Source: Eledone cirrhosa (lineage: Eukaryota). Taken from it: DNA of 64,000 bases. Location of the stretch: positions 1 to 64,000 of the forward strand of contig CAXHJY010001517.1 of assembly GCA_964016885.1 (NCBI GenBank). The letters run 5' to 3'. Below the pieces are notes generated by a model. That model had not been told where the DNA came from and ran no database searches. It saw nothing but the letters and a program-made list of their open reading frames with translations. Both the position numbers and the translations under genes were made by a program. This document shows, in pieces, positions 39,449 through 53,892 of the stretch. Numbering within the stretch: position 1 is the stretch's first letter; each line of letters opens with the position of its first letter.

Positions 39449-40010
39449 GATAATGGAGTTTCATGAGAGGGTCGTGGGGGCAGAGTGCTCAAACATGGCT
39501 TCGAGCGGGTCCTGTCATAAGCAACCATCTCTAATTGATCCGGCTGGATCCCTAAGTGAAACCAGCTGAGCTCATGGATATTATCCAAATATCTTGCTTG
39601 AGGTCTACTCCTTGGTCTCCTGCTAGTTGGTTTTGCCCATAAAATCTGTCCAGCGATTCTTTCCCCGAGACATTCTGACCACATGCCCGAAATATGGGAA
39701 CTGTGATCTCTCAATTTGGAGAAGTAGTGGCTGTACTTGGAGCAACTCTGATTTTTGAGCTACACACTTTATCAAGTAACATTACTCCAAAGACCCTTCA
39801 GAGTAACCCCATTTCAGTTGCTTGTATTCACAATTGTATTCTTTTAATCATTACCCAAGATTCATGACCATAGGTAAGGGTTGGCACGAATAATGAATTG
39901 ACGATAGCAAGTTTAGCTTTTACACCTACCTCCATTCTGATTACAGAATACTGAAGCTGGCACATTACTGCATCACCCCTGCAATTCTTGCACTTAATTC
40001 AGCCTCCTGC
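39449..40010 (-). mobile_element. Degenerate RTE-like LINE 3' fragment (third family)
   Basis: RRPRSRPQARYLDNIHELSW...LPPRP, with upstream LTYGHESWVM-like remnants. Confidence 0.7.
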
Positions 40011-40350
40011 TTGTCATGTAATGTCTTATTAAAAATGCAACTTAATATCAAAACAGTTTAAAACATCTCTTAAATGTCTATTATTTTACCTCAAGACAAC
40101 ATCAGCAATTCATAGATCAAGATTCTTCTTATATTAGAAGAACCAGCAAGCGATTTAAGGACATTTTCCCTGCTAAAGAGGTCCTGTGGGTTCCATGACT
40201 GTGGGTTCCTTTATATTGATCATCAGGGTTATTTATAGACAATGTTTTATAGCTGAACACCCTTCCTGGTGTCAACCCTTTTAGTCACCCCTTCTGACAT
40301 GCTGGGGTACATGATACCCATTCTAAACAGGATACGCAGAGGCTTCTTAA

Positions 40351-40571
40351 CCCTGTAGCATTTACCTTACTCTACATAAATTACTGTATTTTCACGATAA
40401 AGGCTTTATCACACATAATTATCTCACATAATATCAAATCTATGATATTTTGATGCTATTTATTTTGAGAACAATACCATAACATCAGTATGAGCAGCCA
40501 CTTACAGCCGGTTTGAACAGAAGGAGATGATAGAATTCTGACCAGATATGGCCAGTTTAAATGCTAAAGGG
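40351..40571. mobile_element. piggyBac-type MITE family 1
   Basis: TTAA|CCCTGTAGCATTT...AAATGCTAAAGGG|TTAA. Confidence 0.85.
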
Positions 40572-42224
40572 TTAAATCAAGGGTTTTCAAATTTCACGAT
40601 GATGTAATGTTTTGTCATAAGATCATTACTCACACCGCCACCAACATCACTACCGAAAAACATCAATATCACCACTACTACCCCCAACCACCTCCACTAC
40701 AGACACCACCACTATCACTACCCCACCCCCACTACCAGTACCCTGATCACTATTAGCACCACCAGTAGACACCACTACCATCACTGACACCACTACTAGT
40801 TTTTCTTCTACACACAGTGCACGTATGTATTCCAACTCTGAATACCCTCTTTTCAAGTACTATGTAACAACACTTCATTATTTCAGACACCACCTTGACA
40901 AACATCTATGATACTGGCTGTTGCAGTCTACTAACACTCCTAAACATTTAATTTTATTTTCATTATTTGTTACCACCCACATATCGAAATACTTTACTAT
41001 CTAGTAACTTTTCCTCACTAGTCTTTCACCCAGCCCTCACATACCAATGTGCTGGTTTTTATTAACTTTAACCCAAATATTATTACAGGAGCTACATACT
41101 CCTTCAATTACTTTCAAGCTCCAATAATTACAAGATAATTGTTCAACACTTGAGAAAATGAAACAATTGCAGAGATACTAGGCTAATTAGATGATATATT
41201 TGTACTGATTTGTAATTCCTGATGGAGTCATTGGGGTGCTGTAGTGATATATGGCGTGTCTTCAGCATTTTAAACCATACAGAGCCCATTTCCTCCCCAG
41301 TTGTAAACACAGCTAATTTCTTCCAAAGAAGAATAAAACATGAGAAAGGAATTGAGAAAGAAATATAGAGGAAGAATCAATTCCACTACTGGACTGGTAC
41401 TTTATATATCAATTTTGAAGATCGAGTACATAACTGATGAGGTATTTAAGACTAAGTTGACAACCCTTTTGATACCAAACTGCCTGAAACTACCCAATTC
41501 TACAATATGAAGCTGTTTAAAATGTTTATCTCCCCCCCCCCCCCAATCATAATGTTTTAAAATAACCTTTAAATAATACTCTAAACACCAGTTTAATAAT
41601 GAGAGTATTAATTATGTTACTAAATCCCTCCAAATTCCTGATTAGGTTCAACATTATTTGAAAATCATAGGCAGTGTCTTTCATTAGAAATATGGTAATG
41701 AAAGAGTTTCCATCTTTTTGAGTGATGAATGAAAACATAGTAGAAATTCCAATACATATCTGTATACAACTATGCCTGAAGCTAAATTGTAATTCTAAAA
41801 TAATATATACTTGCATCCAGAGAACTGGAAATCAAAAGTAACTTATTTATTCATCTAGTAAATCAAATATGCAGTCAGTTCTAGTGTGCTCACATTTTCC
41901 TTATTCCAAACGGCATATCCCTCACATTACTCAACAATTCCAAAGAAAACACATTCATTGCATTTCTGTTCAATTTATATGCAAATATAATCTTTACTTG
42001 TATAGTCACAAATATTACAGATATCATCATATTCTCACACTTAAGTCTGAAACTTTTATCAAACTATAACACATACCAGATGAAGATTGGATATGAACTA
42101 ATTACAAAGGGAAGTAATTAACACTTTTATGGCTGTATTTCTAAAGAAACACACTGTATTATAATTAATTAATTAATGAAGACATTTGTGGGTTTTACTA
42201 AAATTATTGTTTCATTATTAAGAG

Positions 42225-42632
42225 GGTGGTGGATTGACAGTATCCATAGAACATCAGATATGCTTTTCGGCGTAGAGTTACGGCCCTTTATGTTCTGAGT
42301 TAAAATTCTGCCAAGGTTAGCTTTGCCTTTCATTCTTACGGGGTCAACAAAATAAAGCACCAGTAATGCACTAGGGTTGATTTAATGGACTTTCCCCCCT
42401 CCCCTCAAATTGTTGGCCTTGTGCCTAAATCAGAAATCGTTATTAAGATGGCAGTATCGGTAGAGGGTCGGACGCCATGCTTTGCAGCATAGAGTTACGG
42501 CCCTTTATGGTCTGAGTTCAAATCCCGCCGAGGTTAACTTTGCCTTTCATCCTTACGGGGTCGATAAAATAAAGTACCAGTAATACACTGGGTTAATTGC
42601 TGGCCTTGTGCCTAAAGTAGAAACAATTATTA
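42225..42632 (+). mobile_element. Two head-to-tail copies of SINE family B
   Basis: TGGCAGTATCGG A box, GAGTTCAAATCC B box, conserved TTTGCCTTTCATCCTTACGGGGTCGATAAAATAAAGTACCAG domain. Confidence 0.88.
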
Positions 42633-43569
42633 AGATGGTATATATAACATAAAAAATTATGTTGAAATGTTTTAATTTAAAATGGTTGGCTTTGTTTCAT
42701 AAAAAGAAAGCTGGTTTGCAGTGGATTGCTATCAAAAGGGTTAAGGATATGGTATATGAAAAATTATAAATAGTCCCCAACTGACAAACTGAATAATACT
42801 GAATAAAATTGAATAATACTGAATAAAACTGAATAATACTGTCTAGGACATGTCAGAATGAAAAAAATATCTATATATTGATTGTAAGGTAAATGAGTTC
42901 ACACAAAGTTTTAATGGAAAGGTGTAGTTGATTGAATTAACCATAATACATGTCTGGAAAGACAAAAGAGCACAGTTAGGGTAGGTATATTACAGGACTT
43001 TAGTCTAACATGATTTAGCTTCTTTTTTTTTTTTTTTTTTGGCCAAACCCTGTCCTTTGATAATAAGGATAGTGATGCTGTAGAGAAACAATATAGTGAG
43101 AAAATGCATTCTGCATACTCTGTAAAGTAGTAGTGTTTGTGCCATGATAAAAAAATCTCCCAATGTCCTCTGTAAGGTGGTAGAACTTGCAGCATGATAA
43201 AAAGCACCCAGTAGACTCTGTAAAGTCATAGATATTAGGAAGGGTATCTAGCCTTAGAAACCATGCCAAAATATGGAACATATGAACTAGAAGTGTTTCT
43301 CTGAACTATCTAGTCTAAGATTGTGATGAACCATCCAACCCATGACAGCATGGAAAACACATAAAATGATGGTGATAAGGACCAATACATCGACAACAAT
43401 TTGAAATTCAGTCATTGGAGTGTCACTCGATAACAATGGTAATGAAGTCTTGATCGTTACCAAAGATGTTGATATGAATAGTAAATTGTGCAATTAATAA
43501 GATTTCTTTACTTAGGTGTCTGCCTTCATTAAACATCTATTAATCATTTGGTCAGTTTATATATATATA

Positions 43570-43741
43570 TAATTATTTCTGCTTTTTGGCCACAAGGCCA
43601 GCAATTACCCAATTACCTGGTACTTTATTTTATCGACCCCATAAGGATGAAAGGCAAAGTTAACCTCGGCGGGATTTGAACTCAGATCATAAAGGGACGT
43701 AACTCTATGCTTCAAAGCATGGTGTCCGACTCTCTACCGAT
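43570..43741 (-). mobile_element. SINE family B
   Basis: Reverse complement of the family consensus. Confidence 0.88.
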
Positions 43742-44093
43742 TATATATATAATGTTACTATGAGAGGCTGATGAATATAGAGAATAAATGGGAGGAAGAG
43801 AGACTATCTCCAACTTACTCAACAGAAAGACTAGCTACTAAAATTGACAGTTATAGAGTCAAAGAAGCAATCAAGGAAATGAAGATGTTCCCACAGGAAC
43901 ATCAGAGATATTTATTAGGTGTACAGAGGTAATTGATGGGAAGAGTACCAATGATATAAACCTTTTCCAATCACATGAATGATCCATAGAAATGGTTGAT
44001 AGCTTCTTAAGGCTTAGACAGACACTCACATAAAAAGATCCATATATAGATATTCATATTTACAAACACAATCTTATTCATTCACACACACAT

Positions 44094-44437
44094 GGAGGCA
44101 CATGGCTTAGTGGTTAGAGCATTGGCCTTGCAATCGATTGTTTGTGAGTTCAATTCTCAGACCGGACGATGTGTTGTTTCCTTGAGCAAGGCACTTTATT
44201 TCACATTGCTCCAGTTTACTCAGCTGTAGAAATGAGATGATAGGGACTGGGGTCCCTATCATTCCACTGCAAAGTGGTCCTGGAGGTGCCACGGCAAAAA
44301 AGCACCCAGCACGCACTGTAAATGAGGTTGGTGTTAGGAAGGGCATCCAGCTGTAGAAATCAAGCCAGAATCAGTTCCCGTCCCACCCTTGCAAGCAGGG
44401 AAAAGTGGACGTAAAATGAAATGATGATGAATGATGA
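44094..44437 (+). mobile_element. Full-length SINE family A (single 49-bp unit)
   Basis: tRNA head, central domain and RTE tail all present. Confidence 0.92.
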
Positions 44438-44639
44438 CACACACACACACACACATGTATCCAATTTAGAATAGGTACACCATATCCATGATATGGTAAG
44501 GAGTGATCAAAGAGGTTGGTATCAGGTAAAATATTGCCTCAAAAAGTCACATCCAATGCATGCTAGCATGGAAAAGTCAATGATAATATAAGAAAAATCA
44601 ATAGCGATAAACAACAGAGAACAATAATGGTATATTAAA

Positions 44640-45502
44640 TCTCTCTCTATATATAAATTTTTTGTGTCTCTCTGTTCCTATGCATTCTCTACCGGCTGGA
44701 CCAAATCAAATCAAATTTTACAAGGTAATAGTATTAGACCCCGGGAGTGTCAACATGTAATTTTTATTCTCATTTGGATTAATATATTTTTGGATTAATA
44801 TATTTTATCTAAAATAACATTTCTATAGTGAACTATAGTAAACCACCACCACCATCACTACGACGACAACGACCACGTCACATTTTGTATATGAATGTGT
44901 GTTTGTGAGTTTGTTGCGTATGTTAGGCTTCAGAGAATTAAACACACACACATCTATACATACATACATATAGCTTTAGTAAGTTGCATACATATCTTCA
45001 CACACAGACAATTAAACACACACACACATCTACACATACAGATACATAAGTGATGACAGATAGCTGTGATTGACTGTATGTCTGGGTGTGTCTGTCTCAG
45101 TATATGTATGTGAGTATGTGTGATAATTTTTATTTTTATTTGGTGTAGCAACTGTCAAAAAAATGAGGTGAAAAGCTATGCATGTCTGTGTGAATGTATG
45201 TCTGTGTGTGTCTGTATTAGTATATGTATGTGAGAGTGTATGTGTGTGAGTGTGTAGCAACAATTTATTCATTTGGACACCAACAAAAAAATTACACAAT
45301 GAATATTGTTTACCCTAAGGTGCTACAAGATTGACATATTTTCATTTCTAAATTCTATTATCATTACAATTTTGATATTTTTTTTTAATAAAATATAGAT
45401 ATTTTGAAATAATTATGAGAAAAAAAAAAATCTTCATATTTATTGCTTACTAACCTGAATAAGAACAGAAGTAACCTAGACAACGCCGGGTAATTCAGCT
45501 AG
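44640..45502 (+). mobile_element. Non-autonomous Helitron
   Basis: A|TC start, internal GT/CA microsatellites, decayed hairpin ...CAACGCCGGG, then CTAG|T. Confidence 0.78.
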
Positions 45503-47783
45503 TACTTAATATAGCTGGAAAAGAGTCTTAATATTCTGGATGTTAGTCCTTTATCAGAAGATAGAAAAATGAAGAAGAGGATGTATAGAATAGACAAGGA
45601 AAGGGAAGACAGAAGAGAGTAAAAAGGAAATGGAGAAAAGGGTAGAGAGGAGAGAAAGCATCTTGAAGAAGCATATATGTATGTGTGTTTATAATAATAA
45701 TTGTTTCTACTTTAGGCACAAGGCCAGAAATTATCCCAGTGTATTACTGGTTCTTTATTTTATCGACCCTATAAGGATAAAAGGCAAAGTTAACCTCGGC
45801 GGGATTTGAACAATAATAATTATATTATTTATAGTTATGTATATACTATAAACAACTATAAACAGGAAAGGTCAGTAATTTATTACTACGTTATTACCAG
45901 TAAGAGAAATAGCTCAATGTAAGAACATCAGGTGTTTTACAGAGCAGGAATATATGTGTTTATATATATGTATACACACACAATGTACAGACATACAGAC
46001 ACACACACACACACATACAAATGTACAGAACAACCATAAATTTGAGATGAAGTGTAAAAGCTGAAGCACATAACAACTAGTAATATAATAGCACTGAACA
46101 GGTGTAATGAATATTAATATATATAATAGCTTATATAGCATCTGTCTAACTAATTACTTTATCATTGAATTCCACCACTTATTTGTCCAGAATGAATCTT
46201 GAGGATGATAAGTGGTGTATGTGCAGGAGTCAGTGTCATCATTTTATCTCCACTTTTCCACAATTGTTTGTGTTGATTGAGATTTTTTAAGACAGTGCTT
46301 TCCATATGGATTCCCTCTCTGATGTCAATCCTTTTAGTCACTTCTTATGATATGCAGGTATACAGTGTAGCTATTCTAAAACCTGGGATACACACAGTAA
46401 GATTACATATACACACACAAACAGACACATATAGAAAGAACATATATTTCAATTGAAGTGATGCAAACTTTAGCTAATTCCACCAATCTTTCAGAGACAA
46501 CATCCTCTCAGCCCATTTCTAAGACTCTGCTCACAACCTTTTCCTAGTTTTTATCCATTTGGAGAGCTGGTCTGAAACAGACACTCAAAACCTAAAATGG
46601 TCTCTTGCTCCAGCAATAGAAGTTACTGTCTAACATGGACTTGTTCTTCCAGGTGTTAGGTTGCAAACTCATCAATTGTCTTTGATAATGCATGCTTCTA
46701 TTACCTCTTGTTCAAGTCCATGATGACAATATGTATGTAGACAATGCTCTCCAGTGTCCCTGTTCCAGTGGGATGCCCATCAATGTTTCTAACCTCCAAT
46801 ACAAAAACCAAGTGTAGGAACCCTTAAGAGGCTAAGTGCACAAGGCAAAACAATTCCATTCAGTGATTTCTGTGGGGGTACATGCTCCACAGGATGGCAA
46901 TTTGAATATTTAGGAGGCGGCAGCGGGGAAGGGGTGGGGGTTGAGGGGGGTAGCAAATGATATTAATGGGAACAAACTTCAGGTATTACCTTAATTAGTG
47001 TCAGAAACGCCTGTCTCACCTCCCCCACACATGTTATTATGTCTCTGGCATCATCTCTATGCCAATTTGTTTACAATTTTTGAGATGTTGCGGTGGTGTA
47101 TGGTGCACAAATCTAGTTTGATCACTAAACATTGTAGCAATAATGGACCAAGTCATGTGTTTTAAACTGATCTAAATTGATATGAGCTCCACCAAAATGG
47201 ATCACATAATTTTGTGCTTCTCTTTTACTAACCATCAATAACAATTGTCTAAAAGTATTGCACAAATTATGACCTTAAAAGGGTCAAGGACTATAAATAA
47301 ATCAAAAACACCTAAATTATAATGATGGGTATAAATTAAATTCAAAATAATGAAATAATGAAACAGATGTTTGGTATATATTCAACCACTACCTATTTAA
47401 CATAAATAGCATATTCATAGAAATGCTATTCATATTTTCTTGGCTACATCAATGTTCTCAATAATTAAAGCAGTCAATTTTGGTGGTAAACAATGAACTG
47501 TCTTGGTTTATATCAGCATATTAAAAGTAATTAGTCATTTTGGAATGGTGGCTGTATGAAGTAAATTTAGAATTATGGAGTTGTCTTGGTGACTCGTTAG
47601 AGGCAGTTGCTCTAGAGCTCGAAAGAGCCAATAAAGATTGGTACACAACCTACTTTTCTAGGTATTACCTTTTGTTACCATATTTCTAATGAAAAACACA
47701 GACTATGATTTTCTAATAATGTTGAAAATAATCAAGAATTTGGAGATTTAGTAATATAGCTAACCTCCTCTTTATTTAACTTA

Positions 47784-47947
47784 CCGTATTTCCCGGTGCT
47801 GAAGATGCTTCATCCTCAAGGACACTAATTTTGACAACTAACAATTTGAAAAAAAATAATAAACAACCTTCGGCCTCCAGGACACATGGTAGGTTTTTGA
47901 GACTTATTTTAGGAAAAAAGTAGCATCTTCGACGCTGGGAAACATGG
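47784..47947. mobile_element. Tc1/mariner (pogo-like) MITE
   Basis: TA|CCGTATTTCCCGGTGCTGAAGATGCT ... AGCATCTTCGACGCTGGGAAACATGG|TA. Confidence 0.8.
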
Positions 47948-48553
47948 TACATTTCTTACACAGAATAATGATAGGTTTTTAGGTAAATATAAACACTTTA
48001 AATAAAACCTATTTGCATCATAGAAAAAGGGGGCAGTTTCAGGTGGTTTGGTATCAAAATATTTAAGGGAATGAGGGATAAACCTTACCCTACATAGGAT
48101 GTTATATTTGAGATAACATTCTCCATATGCAGCAGTAAGATCAACTGAGACACAACATTAAATAAATTATCTGGCCCAAATAACCAACAAAATCATTTTA
48201 GTGGATTTAAATACACACCAGCTGGTAAGCCAATATCACACTGATCTAGTTTATTTTGCTCCTTCATAAAATACCATGATTGCTATTGAGCTGCTAGATA
48301 ATTGATCAAAAGGCTAAAAGCTTAAACCAAGAAAAACATTGCTCACTGATAACTTCAGGCAAACTAGCTGAAACATTATACAGTGGTCAGTTGATGTTAG
48401 GAGAGGAAACATATGTGAAATATGGTGACATGAATAAGATGGGCTTTAAAACTTTGGATTTTGCATCCTGTTAGATCAAATACGTTGGTAAAATATTTGC
48501 CAACAATCTCTTTCTATGTATGTGTAATGGACATAAAAACAATGACGATAATG

Positions 48554-48598
<45 letters not shown>

Positions 48599-49831
48599 GG
48601 GGGATCTTTTAGAAGCATCTTAACCATGCCACTATAAAAAATGAATGTTAAACAAAAAAAAAAAAGATGCTTCTAAAAGAGAGGGGAGTGATAATGGAAT
48701 TAATTTATTATTTTTAATAACTTTTACATTTTCACCAGAACAGTTCTGAAATAATAGTTCTCCGTAATAATTCTGAAAATGTAGAGATATGTTTAGATAA
48801 TCCTGAATATGCAAACATTTTTGTCTGGATAATCGTGACAAGAGTTTCAACACATTTCCCACTATGGTGTTCACCTATAACAACAGCAGCACCATTGAAA
48901 AGCTTCCATATATCTTGATTAATCAATAAGTCATTCTGATGATTTGTTTGTTTAATTAATCTTTGATATCACTATAAATTATATAAAGAAAAAAAAACAA
49001 AACAGCTGTTTCTACAGAAAACATGTCTGTGTGCCAGCTGCATTGATAAAACAAACTAGCACAAGGTAATGAGAATAGATCTACGTCGTTATTCAGCCTG
49101 CCAGAAATAATAGGAAAAATCAACCCTTAACTCTTTTGATACCAAACTACCTGAAAACACTCTGGTTTTATAATAAAAAACCGTTTGTTTTAAAATGTTA
49201 ATATTTATCTAAAAACCTTTCATCATAATTTTATGTAAACACTTTTGTTAAATTATGTTCCATAGACCAGCTTTATAATGAAAAAATTAGCCATATTACT
49301 AAATCCCTTCAAATTCTTATTTGAATATCATAGGCAATATCTTTCATTAGAAATATGACAACAAAAGCATTATGTTTCAAACACTAACCTAATAATGAGA
49401 ACGTTATTTTACTAAGTGGCTCTAAATTCTTGATTATTTTCAAAATTAATTGAAAATCACAAGCAGTGTATTTCAAACAACAATTAGCTGCCATAGTTCT
49501 GGAGAAAGACAACAACAAAATTTACAGATAAAAACATATTACTTTTGTCTAAGGCCCCTAATTTATCATCAAAACATAAAAAAAAAACTCTTATGAGATG
49601 CAACCCATGGGGAGCTAAACTTATGCATGTGTAAGCTGTAACAACAATAATGTCTCTCTGACCAAAGAAGGTAGCATAATACATTACCAGGAGAGTAATG
49701 AATATCAATGAATAACCAGGAAAAAAGTGGGATCAATTAACACAGTAATTATTTCTAATCAAGTATGGTGGACAAAGATGGCTGCATTTCTTGGGTTGAT
49801 GATTATGATGATAACAACAATCCTAAGAATG

Positions 49832-50022
49832 ATAATTGTTTCTACTTTTGGCACAAGGCCAGCAATTACCCAGTGCATTACTAGTACTTTATTTTATCGA
49901 CCCTGTAAGGATGAAAAGCAAAGTTAACCTCGGCGGGATTTGAACTCAGAATGGCAAGGGCCGTAACTCTATGTGTCAAAGCATGGTGTCAGACCCTCTA
50001 CCGATACTGCCACTCCACCACC
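49832..50022 (-). mobile_element. SINE family B
   Basis: Reverse complement of the family consensus. Confidence 0.88.
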
Positions 50023-50692
50023 CTAATGGCAATGAAAATTATGATAATATTTGATAGTATCTTTTTCTAAATTCAGATATACTTAAAAGTAAGTATATTT
50101 AAATAAATAACAAGAGAGCCTCCATCATGTATATTATCAAAACATTAGGAGAACTTAAGACTCAGATAAGAAACCTCACTGTTGGTAAAAGTGGGGAAAA
50201 TAGAAATATATATATAAAACCTAAAGTGAAGAGACTAGACAAACATGTTTTATTTTATGAAGCAGTTCTTAGAACAGAGAACAGACTTCTATTATCTGAG
50301 GCAGTAAACTAAAGCAATGCTTGAAGCTGCAAGGAGACTTCTTTATCAATGAGTCTAATTATTTGATTAAACAGATCTGTTTATAGAAAGAAGCCTGAGT
50401 ATTTAATCTTACCACATGCTTCCTTTCTCTTCTACATTGAAAGAGGATTCTTTGAATAAAAAAAAAAAAACAATTAAAAAAAATCAACCTACATCTTACA
50501 CAAAAACTTGGAAAAACATGGCACAACCACCAGTATTGTTAATACTACTACTAATACTACTACCACTATCACTACTGTTGCTGCTGTTACTACTACTACT
50601 GTTGCTGCTATGTGCCATGCTTTCTTTCGGTGAAATTTTGTGACTTTCTACCAACCCAGATAAATAGCAAAGTTGACTTCGCCAAGATTTAA

Positions 50693-51247
50693 CTAGATTG
50701 ATTCAATGTACTTACTAGATCAATATATTCTGGAAACTGCGAGGATATAAACTTAGATCAGCTCAATGTATTCACTAGATCAATATATTCTGGAAACTGC
50801 CAGATATAAACTGAGATCAGCTCAATGTACTCACTAGATCAATATATTCTGGAAACTGCCAAGATATAAACTTAGATCAGCTCAATGTACTTACTAGATC
50901 AATATATTCAGCAAACTAGCAAGATTTAACCCTTTAGCATTTAAACCGGCCGTATCCGACCAGATTTCTCTCACTTTTTCTGTTTAAATCAGCTGTAACT
51001 TGCCGCTCATACTAATGTTAAGATATTGTTCTCAAAATAAATAATATTGAAATCTCAGATTCCATATTATGTGAGATAATTATGTGTGATAAAGCTTTTA
51101 CCATGAAAATACAATAGTAAATATAAAGTAATGTGAATGCTAAAGGGTTAAACTTAGATCAAATCAATGTATTCACTAAATCAATATATTCTGCAAACTG
51201 CCAAGATATAAACTTAGATCAGCTCAATATATTCACTAGATCAATAT
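50693..51247. repeat. 60-bp minisatellite (~6 units) interrupted by a MITE
   Basis: Units TAGATCAGCTCAATGTATTCACTAGATCAATATATTCTGGAAACTGCCAAGATATAAACT. Confidence 0.9.
50930..51147. mobile_element. piggyBac-type MITE family 1
   Basis: TTAA-flanked CCCTTTAGCATT TIRs. Confidence 0.88.
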
Positions 51248-51389
51248 GAAACAATGCTTCAAAAATGACCTCAATGACAGATTTCATATTGGTCATTGAG
51301 GTCATTTTTGAAGCATTGTTTCATATTGATCTAGTGAATATATTGAGCAGATCTAAGTTTATATCTTGGCAGTTTGCAGAATATATTGA
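51181..51389. repeat. Long inverted repeat: 98-bp arms, 13-bp spacer
   Basis: 51181-51278 is the reverse complement of 51292-51389, with one mismatch seen. Confidence 0.92.
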
Positions 51390-51593
51390 AATCTGTCATT
51401 GGTCCTGCAAGATTAACTCCTGCTTTAGTTGGGAAATGGCTTAAAAGAGCCTGGTTTTGTATTTTGTCCATGATATTCTCAAAAGCCCTCTAAATGCCTA
51501 AATCTCAAAAACTTCCAATCTATTTGAATAATACTTTCGCTAATCTACATGTTTCTGCTCCATATAACAATTCAATAATCTTTTTTTCAGATT

Positions 51594-51672
51594 TTGATAT
51601 TAATGTTTCTCACTGTTAGTATGTTTGATATTAATGTTTCTCACTGTTAGTATGTTTGATATTAATGTTTTC
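51594..51672. repeat. 31-bp tandem repeat (~2.4 copies)
   Basis: TTGATATTAATGTTTCTCACTGTTAGTATGT. Confidence 0.85.
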
Positions 51673-51847
51673 AATGATTTTTTTATCAAGCTATCTCAAT
51701 CTTTCTTTGGATTTCCACTTCACATTTCCTGATTTCTGATTGCATATCTCCTAGGTATCTTCGCTTTCTCTTCAATTGGTTTTCTATCAATTGTTATATT
51801 TATTTTTGGTTACTGTAGTTCCTTGCTGATTACCATAACATATACTA

Positions 51848-52198
51848 TCATCATCATCATCACCGTTTTACGTCCGTTCTTCCACGCTAGCATGGGTTAG
51901 ACGGGTTGTCCTGTTGTGGGCAATGTCCGGTTGGCTGACCATGCCTTGCTCATACGGGAACTGATTCTGGCTTGATTTCTACAGCTGGATGCCCTTCCCA
52001 ACACCAACCTCATTTACAGTGAGTGCTGGGTGCTTTTTTGTCGTGGCACCTCCACAACGACTTTGCAGTGGAATGATAGGGACCCAAGTCCTATCAACTC
52101 ATTTCTACAGCTGAGTAAACTGGAGCAAAGTGAAATAAAGTGTCTTGCTCAAGGAAACAACACATCACTCGGTGCGAGAATTGAACTCCACAACCTCC
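51848..52198 (-). mobile_element. SINE family A with a long RTE-derived tail
   Basis: 51848-52040 is nearly identical to the 3' end of the RTE LINE at 18166-18355. The remainder is SINE core and B box. Confidence 0.9.
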
Positions 52199-52274
52199 AA
52201 ATATTTGTCGAGTGCTTTTATATCAGTTATAAATATTTACTAGTTGTAACCCAACAATTTTAAATATAACTTTC

Positions 52275-52346
<72 letters not shown>

Positions 52347-53278
52347 AATATATATATATAACTTATTAATAAAGCATTTTCTCATATTGATCTTTAATAC
52401 TTGGTGGTTGTTTCTATTTAAACCATGCAATTTCAATGGGGTCAGAAAGTATAATCAAATACACTAACAAAGAGATAATAGAAATCTCAGCATCATTAAA
52501 ATATTTATCCAAGCAAACAAACCATAAACCTAAACAGAGTTTCATTGTTCTGAAGAAAGAGCACAGTAAAATGTTAGCAATTAAGACAATGTTCTCTCAA
52601 TACTGCAGAGGATTGTGTGGGTAGCAGTAAAGAGTGGTCACTGAAATATATTTGGAAAGTGAATTCATTTATTCACTGAGAGAGATTGACAAGATCCCAG
52701 ACCTCATTCGCTTACGGACTGAGGTGGCGCTCATCAAGATGGGCCGATAAAACAATGTTTCCATTGCTGATACTATCTATCAGTTGCAACTCCTAGCAGA
52801 AAGAGCAGCATGAAATAAAGCGTCTTGCTCAAGGACATAATGTATCGCCCAGTCCTGTAATGAATCTCACATCATGATTGCGAATCCAATTCTCTAACCA
52901 CTAAGTTACGTGCCTTCACTATCACTATAGTTATAATAAAGGTGGTGAGTTGTTAGGACGTCAGCTTAATATTGCCTTGGTATTTGTTCCAACTCACTGT
53001 ACTCTGAGTCTAAATCCTGTTGAGGTCAACTTTATCTTTCATTTTTTTGCGGTCAATAAATAAAGTACCAGTTCAGTACAAGGGTCAATTCATCCTCTCA
53101 CTGGAAGAAATTAGCTGTATTTCAACCTATGTATAATTGTATCAAATCATTTAGAATCTTTGTTGTTGTAGCTGTCATCTTCAACAACATGTAAAAAATA
53201 TCACCAATGATAAACAGACAAACCAGCTGGTCAAAGTACAGTGTCAAAGAAAAGAAAAAAAGCTCTTCTGCAAATAAT

Positions 53279-53459
53279 TGTTTCTACTTTAGGCACAAGG
53301 CCAGCAATTACCCAGTGCATTACTGGTACTTTATTTAATCGACCCCGTAAGGATGAAAGGCAAAGTCAACCTCGGCGGGATTTGAACTCAGATCGTAAAG
53401 GGACGTAACTATGCTGGAAAGCATGGCGTCCGCCCCTCTATCAATACTGCCAATCCACC
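53279..53459 (-). mobile_element. Young SINE family B copy with 17-bp TSD
   Basis: GCTCTTCTGCAAATAAT at 53262-53278 and 53460-53476. Confidence 0.92.
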
Positions 53460-53857
53460 GCTCTTCTGCAAATAATGAGAGCTAGTTTGATAAAGTAAAA
53501 GGGCACTATTATCAAAGTTTACTGAGTTTTATTATCACATTTTCAGTGGAATATACTAATCAGAAACTAACTAAATATTGTTAAAAATTAAAATTTCTCA
53601 TTTCTAAATAAGGCCAGCAATTTGAAAGAAAAGGAAAGTCAAATATATGAACCCTAATACTTAGCTGATATTTTATTTTATCGACTCGGGAAGGATGAAA
53701 GGCAAAGCTGAACTCGACGGGATTTGAACTCAGAACTAATACCACAAGTCATTTTGTCTGACACTAACAACTCAGCTAATCAACTGATCTCTCATTTCCA
53801 AATAATAATAATAGTCATTCTTTAACCCTTTTGATACCAACTAGCTATAGTTCTATG

Positions 53858-53892
<35 letters not shown>

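Noticed and set aside
48632-48926. Protein-looking ORFs 48632-48874 and 48732-48926
   Set aside because: No recognisable motif or convincing splice sites, and exons 1 and 2 already join without a gap in the PH alignment.
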